From assembly GCF_006345805.1 (NCBI RefSeq), contig NC_042998.1:161138001-161202000 (forward strand): DNA of 64,000 nt, given 5' to 3'. The notes under the pieces were generated by a model that worked only from the letters and a program-made list of their open reading frames with translations, did no database searches and was not told the origin of the DNA. The translations under genes and the position numbers were made by a program. Each line of letters begins with the position of its first letter. Position 1 is the stretch's first letter. Positions 1 through 14,062 of the stretch are shown piece by piece. Origin of the DNA: Octopus sinensis. Taxonomy: Eukaryota.

Positions 1-116
1 AAAAAACGGACAGGAAAAAAAAAACGAGAGAGAAACAAAAGTCTAAGTATGAATGCGAAGGTAGGGGTGAAGGAAATTCCTACCGCCAGCCACAAGTTTT
101 CCTTGGATCACGACAG

Positions 117-449
117 AAATATGGTTATCCTCTTGAGACGTTGATGCAGCTTGTTGAAGAAGACAGAGAAGTAAAAATTCCTGACTGGGTCAAAGCTGAC
201 GTCCCCTACTATGTTATGTCGTTGGTCGCTTTGCGAGTTGCCGATGCAGTGGGCCCCGCCAGCAACGTACAGTACCGTCGTAGTGAATGGATCAATGATG
301 CTGAGCCCGATGCGAGAGTGAGAGAGGACTGCAGCGGACGAATGTCACAGCTACTTGGCAAGGACATGCCTATACAGAACGGCCATAATTTTCTTCCTTT
401 ATCAATCAATGATGTGCCACTCCAGTCAAAGACACAGATGGCACTTTAA
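117..449 (+). CDS. Probable terminal coding exon of an unidentified gene (KYGYPLETLMQLVEEDREVKIPDW...SKTQMAL*)
   Basis: The frame is stop-free from base 3 to TAA at 447-449 (149 codons). It is GC-richer and microsatellite-free, with protein-like composition. Candidate acceptor ttttccttggatcacgacAG at 115-116 is in phase 0. No family recognised. Confidence 0.55.
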   Translation, partial: KYGYPLETLMQLVEEDREVKIPDWVKADVPYYVMSLVALRVADAVGPASNVQYRRSEWINDAEPDARVREDCSGRMSQLLGKDMPIQNGHNFLPLSINDVPLQSKTQMAL

Positions 450-559
450 TACCATATGGTTATGCTAATGTGCATGCTCTTGATTAAAATTCTCGTTTTG
501 TCAATCAATCTGACGGTAATTGTGTTCTGCGACACCGACCGACCATGACAAATTTATGT

Positions 560-1714
560 TATTGGGAGGGGAGACAGATAGAAAGTGACAGAGAGACGAG
601 GGAGATGAAAGGGATGGATAGAAAAATAGAGAGAGAAAGAGAGAGAGAGAGTTTAAACGATAGGGTGGTGGGGCGCAAAGATAAAGAAGAACGAAGTGTG
701 GGAGGGTTGGTGGGTGGAAGACAGAGATTGAAGGAGGATGACAACCAGGAGGCTTGTTGCAGCAAAAACAGTAGTAACAGTAGTAGTAATAGTAATAATA
801 GTAGTAGTAGTAACAGTAATAGTAGTATTGTGTAGGCAGCAGTAGCAAAGGCAGAGACGGACCCTCTGGAGGAATGTGATGCGGGGGTAAAAGCAGGCAG
901 AAACAAATAAGTCACACAGATACTCACACACACACGCAAACACAGAGACAAATTAACAGACACACACACAAACATATATTGCTATACAGGCACAGACAAG
1001 AAGTACACAGGCACGCGCTGACACACGCCACACTTAAAAAGTGTACATATAGATATCAAAAAACATACATATCTATCTATCTATCTGTTTGTCTATCTAT
1101 CTATCTATCTATCTATATCTATCTATCTATCTATCTATCTGTCCGTCTACATATTTATCTTTCCGTCTATCTATTAGCCTATGTGTATGTTTATCTATCT
1201 ATCTATGTTTTTACTCACACACATGCATACACACATTCACACACTCACACACACTCTCGCACTCTTTCCCCGACACACATGGAGATATTATAGATGAAGA
1301 TGCTGAGAGGAGAGAAAAATCACGACATCGATGATGCCACACTAGAGATATGTAAAGTGCAGAATAAAAGGACAAGGAGACAAGAGAAACAACATTTTTG
1401 GGGACTGTAACATAATATCGATCCTGCCGTCTTTCACCTTCTCTTTCTCTATCACTGTCTTCTTTTTATCCCTTTATTTCTTTTTTTCAATTTGCTCGCA
1501 TTTACAATTATTATTATTTCGTGATTTAATCCTATAACCTCGTTTTATCACTTGTACTTGTTATAGGACAAACAATGATACTTTCTCAAAATTTCACACA
1601 CACACACACACACACACTTTTTCTCTGTCTCTCTTACACACACACACACATACAACCAAACACACCACCACAAACACGCACATTCATTTGGGGTGAACAA
1701 ACAACGTATCTTTC

Positions 1715-1763
<49 letters not shown>

Positions 1764-2875
1764 GTAATAATAATATACATTACTGCCTTGGCAAGCCCAT
1801 GAAAGACTCTTTGGTGGAGATAACTGAGACAACATCCCAACCGTAATTGTAGTACCATCTCTGACCTATTCCTGATCACTTAATGTCATGTACTCGACGA
1901 TAAAAGGCCACATTTGACAATGACGAAAATTTACTTATAATTTGTTGGGTTTTTTTTTCTTTCTTTACTTTCTTCTTCTGCTGGTTCCCTCAATTGTGAA
2001 TGTGCGTTTTCTAATTGTCTCAGGTGCTTTTTGTTTGTGTTTTTTTTAACGTATATATGTATTATACATTATACATATATTTATACATATCTTCAAAATA
2101 TACAAGACGTGTATGTGTGCGTGTGCGAGTTTGTGATGATGTATAATTTACAGGCAAAATAATGAATGTGTTACGTTAGTACGTACAGCATTGATATACA
2201 TATATATATGCGTATGTATAAAAAAAAGTTTACATTCTCGGTGTCTCTTCTTAGTAAATGTGTGTGTGTCTTGTCTCTTTCTCGACTACTATACTTTAGG
2301 GCAGTTGGTATGTATGGATGGGTAAGCTGTTTCGTCGACGTCGTGTGTATGTTCTTGCCTCTCAGCCTCTTTCTCTCTCTTCACTTATATCGTTTTCTCT
2401 TTCTAGTGACTTTTATTTTTTCTCCCCAGCTTCATCCGTCCTCGTCCTCTACATGTCCATGATCGTCGTCGTCATCATCATCATCGACGTCGTCGTCATC
2501 ACCGCCATCATCAGCATCATCGTTATCATTGTCGTCATCAACATGTACGTAATATCTATATATCGTCCCACTGTGCGGCAGGCAGGCAGGCAAGAGGAAG
2601 TGTTGTGGGGTGGGGGTAGGGGTGGAGGGGCGCGCGCGCACACACACACATACACATACACACACACACAAGCAAGCGACTGATATGATGTGAGAGTGCT
2701 TGATGCGATATGATGGTGATGCTTAGGGGAGGTTTCCAGCACGCGAGTACTGTCAACTAGACAGCAGTCGGCACCGTGCCCACGCCTGTCAGAGCCAGCA
2801 AAAACATTGGCAAAGCGGCCGGCAACCCTGCTATGATATGATATGATGAAGCCATTTGCCCTGCTTAAAATCCCT

Positions 2876-2915
<40 letters not shown>

Positions 2916-2934
2916 ACTGCCTCTCTATCTATCC

Positions 2935-2991
<57 letters not shown>

Positions 2992-4432
2992 ACTGCCTCT
3001 CTATCTATCTATCTATCTATCTGTCTGTCTGTCTCTATCTCTCTTTCTCTCTCTATATATATATACTTTTATTTATCTATCTAGTTAATCTCCATCTACC
3101 TATCTAAATGTCAATATACAACCGCGTGCACACACAGAGAGAGAAATGAACGCATGGGCACATGTGCACACGCACTGCCGAAAAGCACGCGTGTACACAT
3201 GTCAGTGTATGTGAATGGGTGCGGGTCTGTGTGTGTGTGTGTGAATGAGTATTTGCGCGCGCGCAAGCGCGTGTGTGTTGGTATGTCAGACTCTCGGTTT
3301 GTTTTGAGTTGAATGTCGCATTGGCAAGTGAGGTCATTTAGCGACATCAATCGCTTCTGCAAATGCACTAGTAGTTTGAAAGAGGGAAAGAGGACACAAA
3401 GAGAGGGAGAGAGAGAGATTCGGAGACTACACATGGGAGGGGTGAGTGGGAAAGAAAGAGAGAAAGATTTAGACTTGGATGGGATGTCACATTCAAAATA
3501 AAATCAATAAAACTCACATACACACACACACACATAATGTTTGTGTATGTGTGTGCGCGTGCACATACATGCTCTCTCTTTCTCCCCCGCTCACTCTCTC
3601 TCCACACACATACCGATATATATATATATATATTATATATATATATATATATATAGTCTATCCGACCCAAGAGCCAATATCACTTGGTAACAACAGCGTC
3701 ACAACAGCAATAATAATAGTTCTGAGTCTAGTTAGTCTACGACGATGAATTTGTCCGTCACAAACTCGACCTGTAAGCCTAAACCCAATCGTCGACAAGG
3801 CTTATCGTTGTGCTATAATCATTAAATCATTAAATCACCATCATCATTGCCATCATCTCTACATCATCGATGTCATCACGGTCATCGCCCTTCTGGTCAT
3901 CGTCCCCTGTTATGATGATGATGATGATAAGTATGAGAATAAAGATGATAATGATAAGGATGATGATGATTATGGTTTTCATTATCATCTCTTCATCGTC
4001 ATCATCACAGTCGACACGTCCTCCTTATCATCAACACCAGCATCACCATCATTAACTTTCATCCCCGTCCTCATTGTCATCATTTTAATAGCTTTATTAA
4101 AACAAATGATTTGATATTACTTGTAGCAGTCACCTTAACGACAACAATGATGAGGATGGTGATGAGGGCGACGATGACGATTCTGATGATGATGATGATG
4201 AAACGGCAAGAGAAAAAGGAAGACACACGCTCACACACACACACAATCACACACAAACTTATTAAGCTCGTGATGAATAACAAGCAGTATGATGATGGTC
4301 ACTAAGTGAAAAACTGATCATGTCACATAACATCGCTTATTGAAAATCGATTTTTCTTCTCCAAAATTTGGGGTCTATCATCCCTCTTCCCTTCCTCGAA
4401 TTCTCGTTACCAAAGCACACACACACACCGCT

Positions 4433-4487
<55 letters not shown>

Positions 4488-4753
4488 TGATAGTGTAAAT
4501 GTAAGCCGAAACCTCACACAGTTCGGCCTGTACACGGATTTCACGAACAAACACCGCCAATCACAACAATAACTGTATTCAAATTAAATTATATCTCAAC
4601 AACATAATTACAGGAATTGGCATATATATTGTTTGGGACCTGCAGAACTTGTGTATAAATTTATCTATTTTGCAATGTATTGCATCCTAAGAAACGTGTG
4701 CGTATTTCAACGTCAACATATAGATGTACATATTCACATCTATCTATCTATCT

Positions 4754-4829
<76 letters not shown>

Positions 4830-4976
4830 TATATATATTAAGGTATGTAGAAAAATACAACATGGACAAGAACGTATAACTCTAGAAGACGATACAATAA
4901 ACATGGACAGGACATTCGAACCCCTCAGTCTTCAGTCAAGAACCGGATCATCGTAGTAATTTCGGCTGATTAATCT

Positions 4977-5032
<56 letters not shown>

Positions 5033-5311
5033 ATATATATATATATATATTCCTAGAGAGAGAGAGGCAGTAAAACAGCTAAAGATAGGGATAGATAGAT
5101 GGAGGACATATACATACATGCATGCAAGCATGCATAGGCCAGAACAAACGGAGCCATGTGGTCCAGTTGGCATGGGCCTACAATATTATTAGCGGCACAG
5201 AGAGGACCCTTTGGTAAAGAATTAGTTTTTGTGTTACGTTTAAGTACACAACGTACAAGGATATATATATATATATATATATAATATATATATATATATA
5301 TTATATATATA

Positions 5312-5347
<36 letters not shown>

Positions 5348-5608
5348 AGGAACATGATGCACCAGCACTTAAATATATGGTGCGTGCATGAGCGCTATGT
5401 GCGTGTATGTGATATTATCTTCTAAGTATGCGTTGGTATGATGGAAAACGTGTGTGCGTAGAGGGAGAACGGTTAGGCGAAGAAAATATTTATCTTAGGA
5501 TGAGATAATTTTAATAAATTGCGTCAGTAATAATTGTGATTAAAAAAAGGTGTCTGTGACAAACGTGAAACGCGTTCACTTCTCAAATTGATAGCTCTAT
5601 CTATCTAA

Positions 5609-5686
<78 letters not shown>

Positions 5687-5789
5687 GTCTGTCTGTCTAT
5701 TCGTCAATCTATCTACCCGTCTTTCTGTCAACCTACCTATCTGTATCTACGTATTTGTCTGTCTGTCAATCAACTCGTCCGTCTATTTG

Positions 5790-5831
<42 letters not shown>

Positions 5832-6302
5832 GCTCCATGTTTGTCTTTCTTTCAGTTTACCTATCCACAATCCATTTAGCGATCTGTCTACTCTTTTATC
5901 TGTCTTTCTACTTAGTTACCTATTCATTTTCTATCTTATTGTTTTCTCTCTCTCTCTCTCACGTACACACACTATTTATCTACCTACCCTTCTATCTACC
6001 ATCTATTTATCTGCCTATCTATAACTATTACCTTTCTACCTCTAACTATACTATAAACGTACTATGTCTACCTGCTCAGCTCTCTATGTATGTATCTATC
6101 TATCTTCTAATGCAGCTCCATCCCAAAGAAGGTAGCAGTATTGACGACGAATAACAACAGAGTTAAACATAGGATGAGGTGTGACACATATCAGCTGTAT
6201 TTTAGCAATGTTTATTATCAGCACTGACGGAGGAAGCGAAACTGATATTTAGAACACAACTGCAGCTTGTCACTTGCTGACCTGAGAGAGAGAGAGAGAG
6301 AG

Positions 6303-6354
<52 letters not shown>

Positions 6355-6592
6355 AGAAAACATTGAAAAGAACAGAAGGAATTGAAGAGGAAAGTAGTTT
6401 TAAAAAATCAAGGGATGAAGATAAATAAATGAATTTATTCATTCATTAGTCGATGGTAGCATAGGAGAGAAAGCGGTTCCTCGCTCCCATCTCTGACTCA
6501 GTCTCCCAAACAAAATAGATAGACTATCGATATTTACTTTAAAACTGTCCTTAGAATTGGATAACAATTGGGATAATAAGCTGAGGAAAAAA

Positions 6593-6620
<28 letters not shown>
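560..6620. repeat. Dense microsatellite field: (GA)n, (AGT)n, (TATC)n, (CA)n, (TA)n, (AAT)n, (ATC)n
   Basis: Directly visible; accounts for the low-complexity ORFs in this interval. Confidence 0.95.
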
Positions 6621-6629
<9 letters not shown>

Positions 6630-7039
6630 CAAATATAAATTCTAACCCACCCACTCCGTCCCAATCAAAATAATAAGCAAATAAATTAAACGAATAAAAA
6701 TAGTGAATATGCGACAAAACAATAATAATGATTCATTATCATTGGCATCGCACTTAGAAACAACTAGTGGCAATTATTCAGGCTCCGATGTGGAGTGCCA
6801 TTACTCTTGTACACTGCAAGCAGAAGCTGACAACTGGTGTGTGTCATTAAGACCAAGCCGGACGGGACAGCAGACTCTCACAAAAGAAGACAAACTAAAC
6901 AGTGTTTCTTCTTTTATGCAGATAAAAAAATAAATAAACAAAATAAAAAATGACAGAATGACTCATTCATTGAAATTTTATCAGCACTGTCCTTCCTGTG
7001 ACGCAAGCCATCCCATTTATCAATGAAAAACAAATTTCG

Positions 7040-7310
7040 CAACTTACCGCCGCCATTTTGTAGAGGTCGTCTGTTGGTTTGTTGACAAGTTTAAATTTGC
7101 GACATCTGACAACGTCCGATGGGCGATTAGATTGCATAATTTTATGATTGAGTAAATATAACAAGACAAAAAGCAGTAGAATTCAGTGAAAATAATCTTA
7201 TTTTATTTATTAATAAGCTAGAAAAGTTTCTATAACATGTTGCACGCCAGTTTACGGCAAGACTTGTCGGCTGGTGTAAAAGCGGGTTGACTACACTTGT
7301 AAGTCATTCG
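7040..7310. promoter_or_regulatory. Divergent (head-to-head) promoter region
   Basis: YY1-type CCGCCATTTT at 7050-7059. The minus-strand first exon is on one side and a plus-strand exon ending ctacactt|GTAAGT (7299-7304) is on the other. The region is CpG-rich and repeat-free. Confidence 0.5.
7048..7056 (-). CDS. Start of a minus-strand gene: ATG GCG GCG (MAA) followed by a GTAAGT donor
   Basis: Reverse complement reads caaaATGGCGGCG|GTAAGTtgcg. It has a Kozak-like context, a consensus donor and an overlapping YY1 motif. Downstream exons were not identified. Confidence 0.6.
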
Positions 7311-7736
7311 GCGAAAGAGATATTGAAACGAAGCAGAGAGCAAAATAATAACATAGTCAAATTTCAGTTCTGAAATGTAATATTTTAAAATGATCAAATT
7401 TCTCTCTTTCATAGAAATAAACGATCTTTGTGTCGCTGAAACGACAGGAGGAAGACGAGTACAAACGGGACGACCAAGCAATGTTTGTTTATGTTTACAT
7501 ACCAGTATAGCAACATGTCTTTGCCGGCAACCTTCATAATGTTGTTATGATTTTCGCTTTAAGATGTCTTATAAACATTCGAAAATTTATATGATTTTAA
7601 TAAACTAATAAATAATACCGCGGTTAATTAAATTAATCATTTCCATACTATGCTTTATTTCTTAAATAATTTGTATTTTGAGTAAACTTTTTATTTTTGT
7701 GTTTTATACATTTTCGAAGATGCACAAATATGTAGA

Positions 7737-7833
<97 letters not shown>

Positions 7834-9516
7834 GGATGGATGGATAAAGTAGCCAAGGTGAACCATGTGCGAACTGAGTTATGATCAAAAGCATTCCATC
7901 CATGACCACCTTGTACCCAAGAATACATAACGTGTCTTTCTCTCTAATTTTGTGCGAGCAGGTGTGATTTGTGGACAATCCGGCTGTTATTTTTCGATAG
8001 AACGGGCGACTATATCGGGCTCATATATATATATATATGTTTAACTTATTCGGAAATCTTAATAAAAATGAAACTAAACATGTGTTTTGTTATACGTAAA
8101 TATTACATAAGTATAAACTCACACATGCACATACATATATACTTTTTAAGGTTTCACCGACTAAATATTTCGTTTCTTGCGACTCAATATACTGTTGTTA
8201 CAAAATGGGGGATCAGTTTTGGAACGGAGGAATTGCTTTCTTCTTTTGACCTTTCAGGGCACCAGAGTGTCTGAATCTTTATATATATATATATACATTT
8301 ATTTATTTTGTAGACACGAGGAAATATAAGAGTTTATTATTACCAAAGTCAATATCAAAACAATGTGAAAGTATTTGTTTTATTTTTTCCCCTCTCTTCA
8401 ATGTTTATCATAGAGGAGAAATCACTTTGTACGTGTGTTCGTCTGCTCGAAAGATTTTTCTGCTCTGTCCTGACAGTAGATCGTCTGCTTCAAATATCCT
8501 GACTCTTATGGCTGTCATTATCGTTTATTGCATATTATACAGTATTTCAAACCATTTAAGCGAGTTTACGACCAGGTTTCGATTCCTGGTTGTAACTATT
8601 TCATTTTATCGTATTACCCCCTTTTGTTTTTTATATAAGCATGAAGACCACACAATCTCAACCATTTTTCTTTTCTATCCGTCCAATCTTTACATCTCAT
8701 GCTGTTTTTTACTCCTCGTGGAAGAAATTGTTTATTGTATCTCGAACACAGAGGAATTACTCAAAACTTGAAAGGAATTTCCGCGTCATAATTAACATTC
8801 CATTTAAAAGGGAATCTTCAAATTAAATTTGATTTCGTAACTGTAACGTTGATATTTAGCCCTAGGTCAGTCCTGATCTGGCAGACCTTATAATTTAAGG
8901 CATTCCAGCCGTGATCCTCCAGTATTTATCACTATCATTATTTAGTATATCGTGGACTAATTTTTCATTGTGGCCTTCTTTATTTCAAGGTAGTAGTGTA
9001 ATTTAAGGGGGCTTTGGCGGCTATTTCAATTAATGTGGTTATGTTTTGACTATATCTAAAATTCATTTCAACGTGCGGCACCTCAAATTTACGAGGTTGG
9101 GGTTAAAACATTGAGACGATGGTGCTATGTTTCTCAAGAACTCTGGCAGTATTTAGAAATGAATTGGTTCCACCTCGGATATTATTCAACCAACAACAAG
9201 GGAGTCTCACAGGGGAGCCATTCAGTCGGCTAAAAATAGCAGCCAAATCTTCCCCAACTCACACCTTACCGCCTCACAAAAGGAGGGAACAACACGCTGA
9301 ATAATAGTGCAACCTTAAATATGATGGAACATTTTTTTATCATAGGTTTACTCCACAACATTGAGTAATATAATTTCAAGATTCAAATTAGCGTATTATA
9401 ATAATATTGATTTTGAACATAGGCACAAGGCCATTTTAAAATCGATACAAGTAGATGACTGGTAATTATTTTTTCTCGACACTGGAACAATAAAAGAATT
9501 TGATAAATTATTTATT

Positions 9517-9563
<47 letters not shown>

Positions 9564-10049
9564 TAATAATAATTTCTTAGTTAAACCCAAGGCAGGGAAT
9601 TTAGGGGCTGAATGATCGGTCGATTACATCGACTATACACTAAACTGATACGGTATTTTATCGACCTCGATATGATAAAAGTAAAGTAAACCTAGGTTAA
9701 AGTTGAATTCAGAACGTAATGGGTCATTGTCCGACAATCTGCCGATTCTGATTCCGCCGCTCTGACAGACAATAACAATAACGAGGATTTCTTACATAAG
9801 CAGGAAACTTCAGAGAGAGAGAGAGAAGGAGAAAGAGAGAGAGAGAGAGAGAGGGTGGAAAGATAGGGACGCACACACGCACGCGTGTACATCCATGCGC
9901 ACGCGAACGCACATGCAGACACATACGTACCCGCATGTGCAGACACTTGCACGCAGACACAAACACAATAATACTATTGAGTAAACATTAACTTGAAAAC
10001 GAAAAATAACAATTCTGTTCAAAAACGATGTGTGTGTGTATATATGCAT

Positions 10050-10068
10050 ACATACATACATACATACA

Positions 10069-10136
<68 letters not shown>

Positions 10137-10157
10137 CATCCATCCATCCATCCATCC

Positions 10158-10189
<32 letters not shown>

Positions 10190-10194
10190 GTCTG

Positions 10195-10245
<51 letters not shown>

Positions 10246-10302
10246 GTCTATCTATCTATCTATCTTCTATCTATCTATCTATTTATCTATCTATCTATCT
10301 AC
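10050..10302 (+). repeat. Long (TATC)n/(CATC)n microsatellite
   Basis: Directly visible. Confidence 0.95.
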
Positions 10303-10792
10303 ACATTCTTCTGTTCGTTTTAGTCATTTGAACACAGGAATGTGGCCATGCTGGGGCACTGCCTTCAGGATTTTAGTCGAACGAATCGAGCCCACTACTT
10401 GCTATTCTAAAGCGTAGTGTTTATTTTATTGCTCTTTTATGTTGAACCGCTAACTTACGGGGGACGTAAATAAACTAATACTGATTGTTAAGTAATGGTG
10501 GGGGAGAAACAGAAACACACACACACACACACATATTAGATCTCTAATCTTCTTCAACTATGTACATATATATTACAGAGATGTACTTGCATAGCAAGTG
10601 ATGCAGCACGGAATTTTGTCAGTGAACAGGTCGCGGTCTCAAAGCGACGAAAATATTTTGGCAAATTAAATTTAAATGTTGAAGTGTGTTTCTTAAATGG
10701 CTTATAAACACCTTCAACGATGCAATATATATAAAATTTCTGTACACATACACGGATTTGTATATATTCATATATATACGTGTAAACACACA

Positions 10793-10828
<36 letters not shown>

Positions 10829-10902
10829 TACACACACACACATATATATACGTACATACATGTACTGTAGACATATCTATGAATGCATGTTTGTGTGTAT
10901 AC

Positions 10903-11104
10903 TCTCTTTACTTGTTTCAGTCATTTGACTGTGGCCATGCTGGAGTACCGCTTTTAGTCGAGCAAATCGACCCCAGGACTTATTCTTTGTAAGCCTAGTA
11001 CTTATTCTATCGGTGTGTTTTGCCGAACCGCTAAGTTACGGGGACGTAAACACACCAGCATCGGTTGTCAAGCGATGTTGTTGGGACAAACACACACACA
11101 CACA

Positions 11105-11149
<45 letters not shown>

Positions 11150-11305
11150 GACGGGCTTCTTTCAGTTTCTACGAAATCCACTCACAAGGCTTTGGTCAGC
11201 CCATGGCTATAGTAGAAGACACTTGCACAAGGTGCCAAGCAGTGGGACTGAACCCGGAACCATGTTGTTGGTAAGCAAGCTACTTACCACACAGCCACTC
11301 CTGCG
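10903..11305 (-). mobile_element. Full-length tRNA-derived SINE (Octopus OK/OR-type), CpG-intact copy
   Basis: Minus strand has head caggagtggctgtgtggtaagtagc, B-box-like ggttccgggttcagtccc, core accttgtgcaagtgtcttc, a central (TA)/(CA) tract and tail ctccagcatggccacagtcaaatgactgaaacaagtaaaga. Homologous copies at ~10305-10535, 16180-16320, 18890-19051, 32230-32720, 53228-53590, 54550-54885, 57840-57990, 62155-62895. Confidence 0.85.
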
Positions 11306-11454
11306 TATATATATATATACATATACTTATACATATTCACACAAACATACATACATGCAATAAATACATGCATACATACACATGCACACACATACATACG
11401 TAAGTACATACATACATACATATTCATTTGTGTTCACAATATAAGAAAAAAATT

Positions 11455-11765
11455 ACGACAAAGCATTTAATGTGGTGCTCCAGTGATTCTACCATCCACA
11501 CCACATAAAGCCCTACTGAGGAGCTTTGAGATCAACCCTGACACCTGGGAACACAAGTACCAGGCAGAAAAGGATTGTAGGGGCAATAAGAAAACATGAA
11601 CAGTGCAAGTCCAGGGCTAATTTCTTGCCTGTAATCCCTGCAGACCACCAGTGTCTGATGTGGGGCATCATACAATGGACTTATTAGCCATAGCTGTTCA
11701 CATTGTACCCCATCTTCTTCCCCCGTGTGATGTCCTGGGTCATTGTCAACCATGACAGACAAACT
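11455..11765 (+). mobile_element. Degenerate 3' end of an RTE-clade LINE
   Basis: Translates in part to KALLRSFEINPDTWEH (RTE C-terminal motif), then a decayed Cys/His region and gtcattgtcaaccatgacagacaaac plus an (AAT)n tail. Confidence 0.55.
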
Positions 11766-12228
11766 AATAATAATAATGATAATCCTTTCTACTAAAGGCA
11801 CAAGGCCTGAAATTTGTGGGGAGGGGACTAGTCGATTACATCAACTCCAGTGTTTCACTGGTACTTTATCAACCCTGAAAGGATGAATGGTGAAGTCAAC
11901 CATGATGGAATTTGAACTCAGAATGTAGTGACGGGCAAAATACTACTAAGCATTTCACCTGGCGTGCTAATGGTTCTGCCAGCCTGCCACCTTAACAATG
12001 ATAATAATAATAATAATAATAATAATGATTTCAAATTTTTACCACAAGGGCAGCTTGCAGGAGGGAATTAAATCAATTACATCAACCCTAGTGCGTAACT
12101 GGTTCTTATTTAATCAACCCTTAAAGGGTGAAAGGCGAAGTCGACCTGAGTGCAATTTGGACTCAGAATGTAGTGGCAGACAAAACACTGCTAAGCATTT
12201 CACCTGGTGTGCTAATGATTCTGTCACC

Positions 12229-12286
<58 letters not shown>

Positions 12287-12289
12287 GTG

Positions 12290-13200
12290 GGGGAGCATCA
12301 TAGCCATGTGTTGAGAGGGATTCTTTGGGGTTTGAATAATTCACCTCTGGAAACATGGGTGGTTCTTTCAACATCCTTAAACAACCCTTATTCAGGGACC
12401 GTTTGAGCGGGATGGGCTACTCAACCTGAAGAAAATTCTAACTGGGCCCCACCTGCAAGGTCATGTGCTGTTTATCTTGATATGAGATCACCATGTCGCG
12501 CACATATGGTTGTGATGCATGTGCCTGGTGTGCCTTTATCAGACGGGTAGTCATGATGGGTATATTGGGCTTCGTATATTTAACCCCAGTGTCACTTTGA
12601 TGGCATGAACTGCTCTCTCACTCAATAATAATAATAATAATAATAGTAATAATAATAATCCTGATCTTCACTGATTGAAAGTGTTATCATGTCCATATTT
12701 TGACTTGGTATCAAAGATGGGCTTTAGTAAATATTCTGTTCAGTACCACAGATTTGCTTGTCAGATGCTTGACTTTAACCAGCTAAGCATATCCCTCAGC
12801 GGTGACGATATGTGCAACTCTGATCATGAACAGGAGTAGTGGGGGAGCATCACTGCTAAGTGCTGAGAGGAATTCTTTGGTGTTTGAATAATTCACCTCT
12901 AGAAACATAAGTGTTTTATTCATCATCCTTAAACAACCCTTATTCAGGGACCTTTTGAACAGGATGGGCTAGTTGATGTGAAGAAAATTCTTACTGTACT
13001 CCACCTGCAAGGTCATGCACTGTTTATCTTGATATGAAATCCCCATGTTATGCACATGTGGTTGTGATGCATATGCCTGGTGTACCCTTATCTGATGAGT
13101 AGTCATAATGGGTACATTGGGTTTCATATATTTTTTACCTTAGTGTCACTTTGCATTGCTCTCATACTCAATAATAATAATAATGATAATAATAATAATC
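12290..13200 (+). mobile_element. Two tandem 5'-truncated copies of an (AAT)n-tailed retroposon (LINE 3' UTR-like)
   Basis: 12290-12650 and ~12660-13200 share gggggagcatca...ttgaataattcacctct...ccccacctgcaaggtcatg...ctcaataataat. Confidence 0.7.
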
Positions 13201-14062
13201 ATTTCTATTATAGGCACAAGGCCTGAAAAATAGGGAAGGGGACTAGCAAATTACATCAATCCCAGTGTTTTACTGGTACTTAATTTATGGACCCCGAAAG
13301 GATGAAAAGCAATGTTACCTTGGCAGAAATTTGAGCTCAGAATATAAAGACAGTCAAAATGTCACTAAGCATTTTGCCCAGCATGCTAATGATTCTTTTT
13401 TTTTCTTTTTATTTCCTACTCTAGGCACAAGGCCCGAAATTTTGGGAGAGGGGGTCTGTCAGTTAGATTGACTCCAGTACGCAACTGGTACTTAATTTAT
13501 TGTCCCCAAAAGGATGAAAGGCAAAATCAACCTTGATGGAATTTGAATCCAGAACGTAAAGACAGATGAAATGCCTATTTCTTTACTACCCACAAGGGGA
13601 TAAACACAGAGGGGACAAACAAGGACAGACAAATGGATTAAGTCGATTACATCGACCCCAGTGTGTAACTGGTACTTAATTTATCGACCCTGAAAAGATG
13701 AAAGGCAAAGTTGACCTTGGCGGAATTTGAACTCAGAACGTAACGGCAGACAAAATACGGCTACGCATTTCGCCCAGCATGCTAACGTTTCTGCCAGCTC
13801 ATTATTTTAATAACAACAATAATTATTTGTGGATGATCCCTGGCTTACCATTACTAGAATGATTACTACCCATATATCTTAATTTTTTTATATTTTTTTT
13901 CACATAACTTAATTTCATTTTGAAAATGATTAACCTGGTGTATTTAGTTTAATGGCCTATCAGTGAATACAATGAGTTTCTTTGTCTTAGGAGCCAGGAA
14001 GATATTTGACAGGAAATGGAAACAAAACTGAAAGAAGAAGAAAAGCTCATTATAATAATTAT

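Noticed and set aside
5550-5582. GAAACGCGTT palindromic stem III-like motif
   Set aside because: The core is incomplete (CTGTGA) and stem II is absent.
8565-8595. accaggtttcgattcctggt, tRNA T-arm-like hairpin
   Set aside because: No D arm, anticodon arm or acceptor stem.
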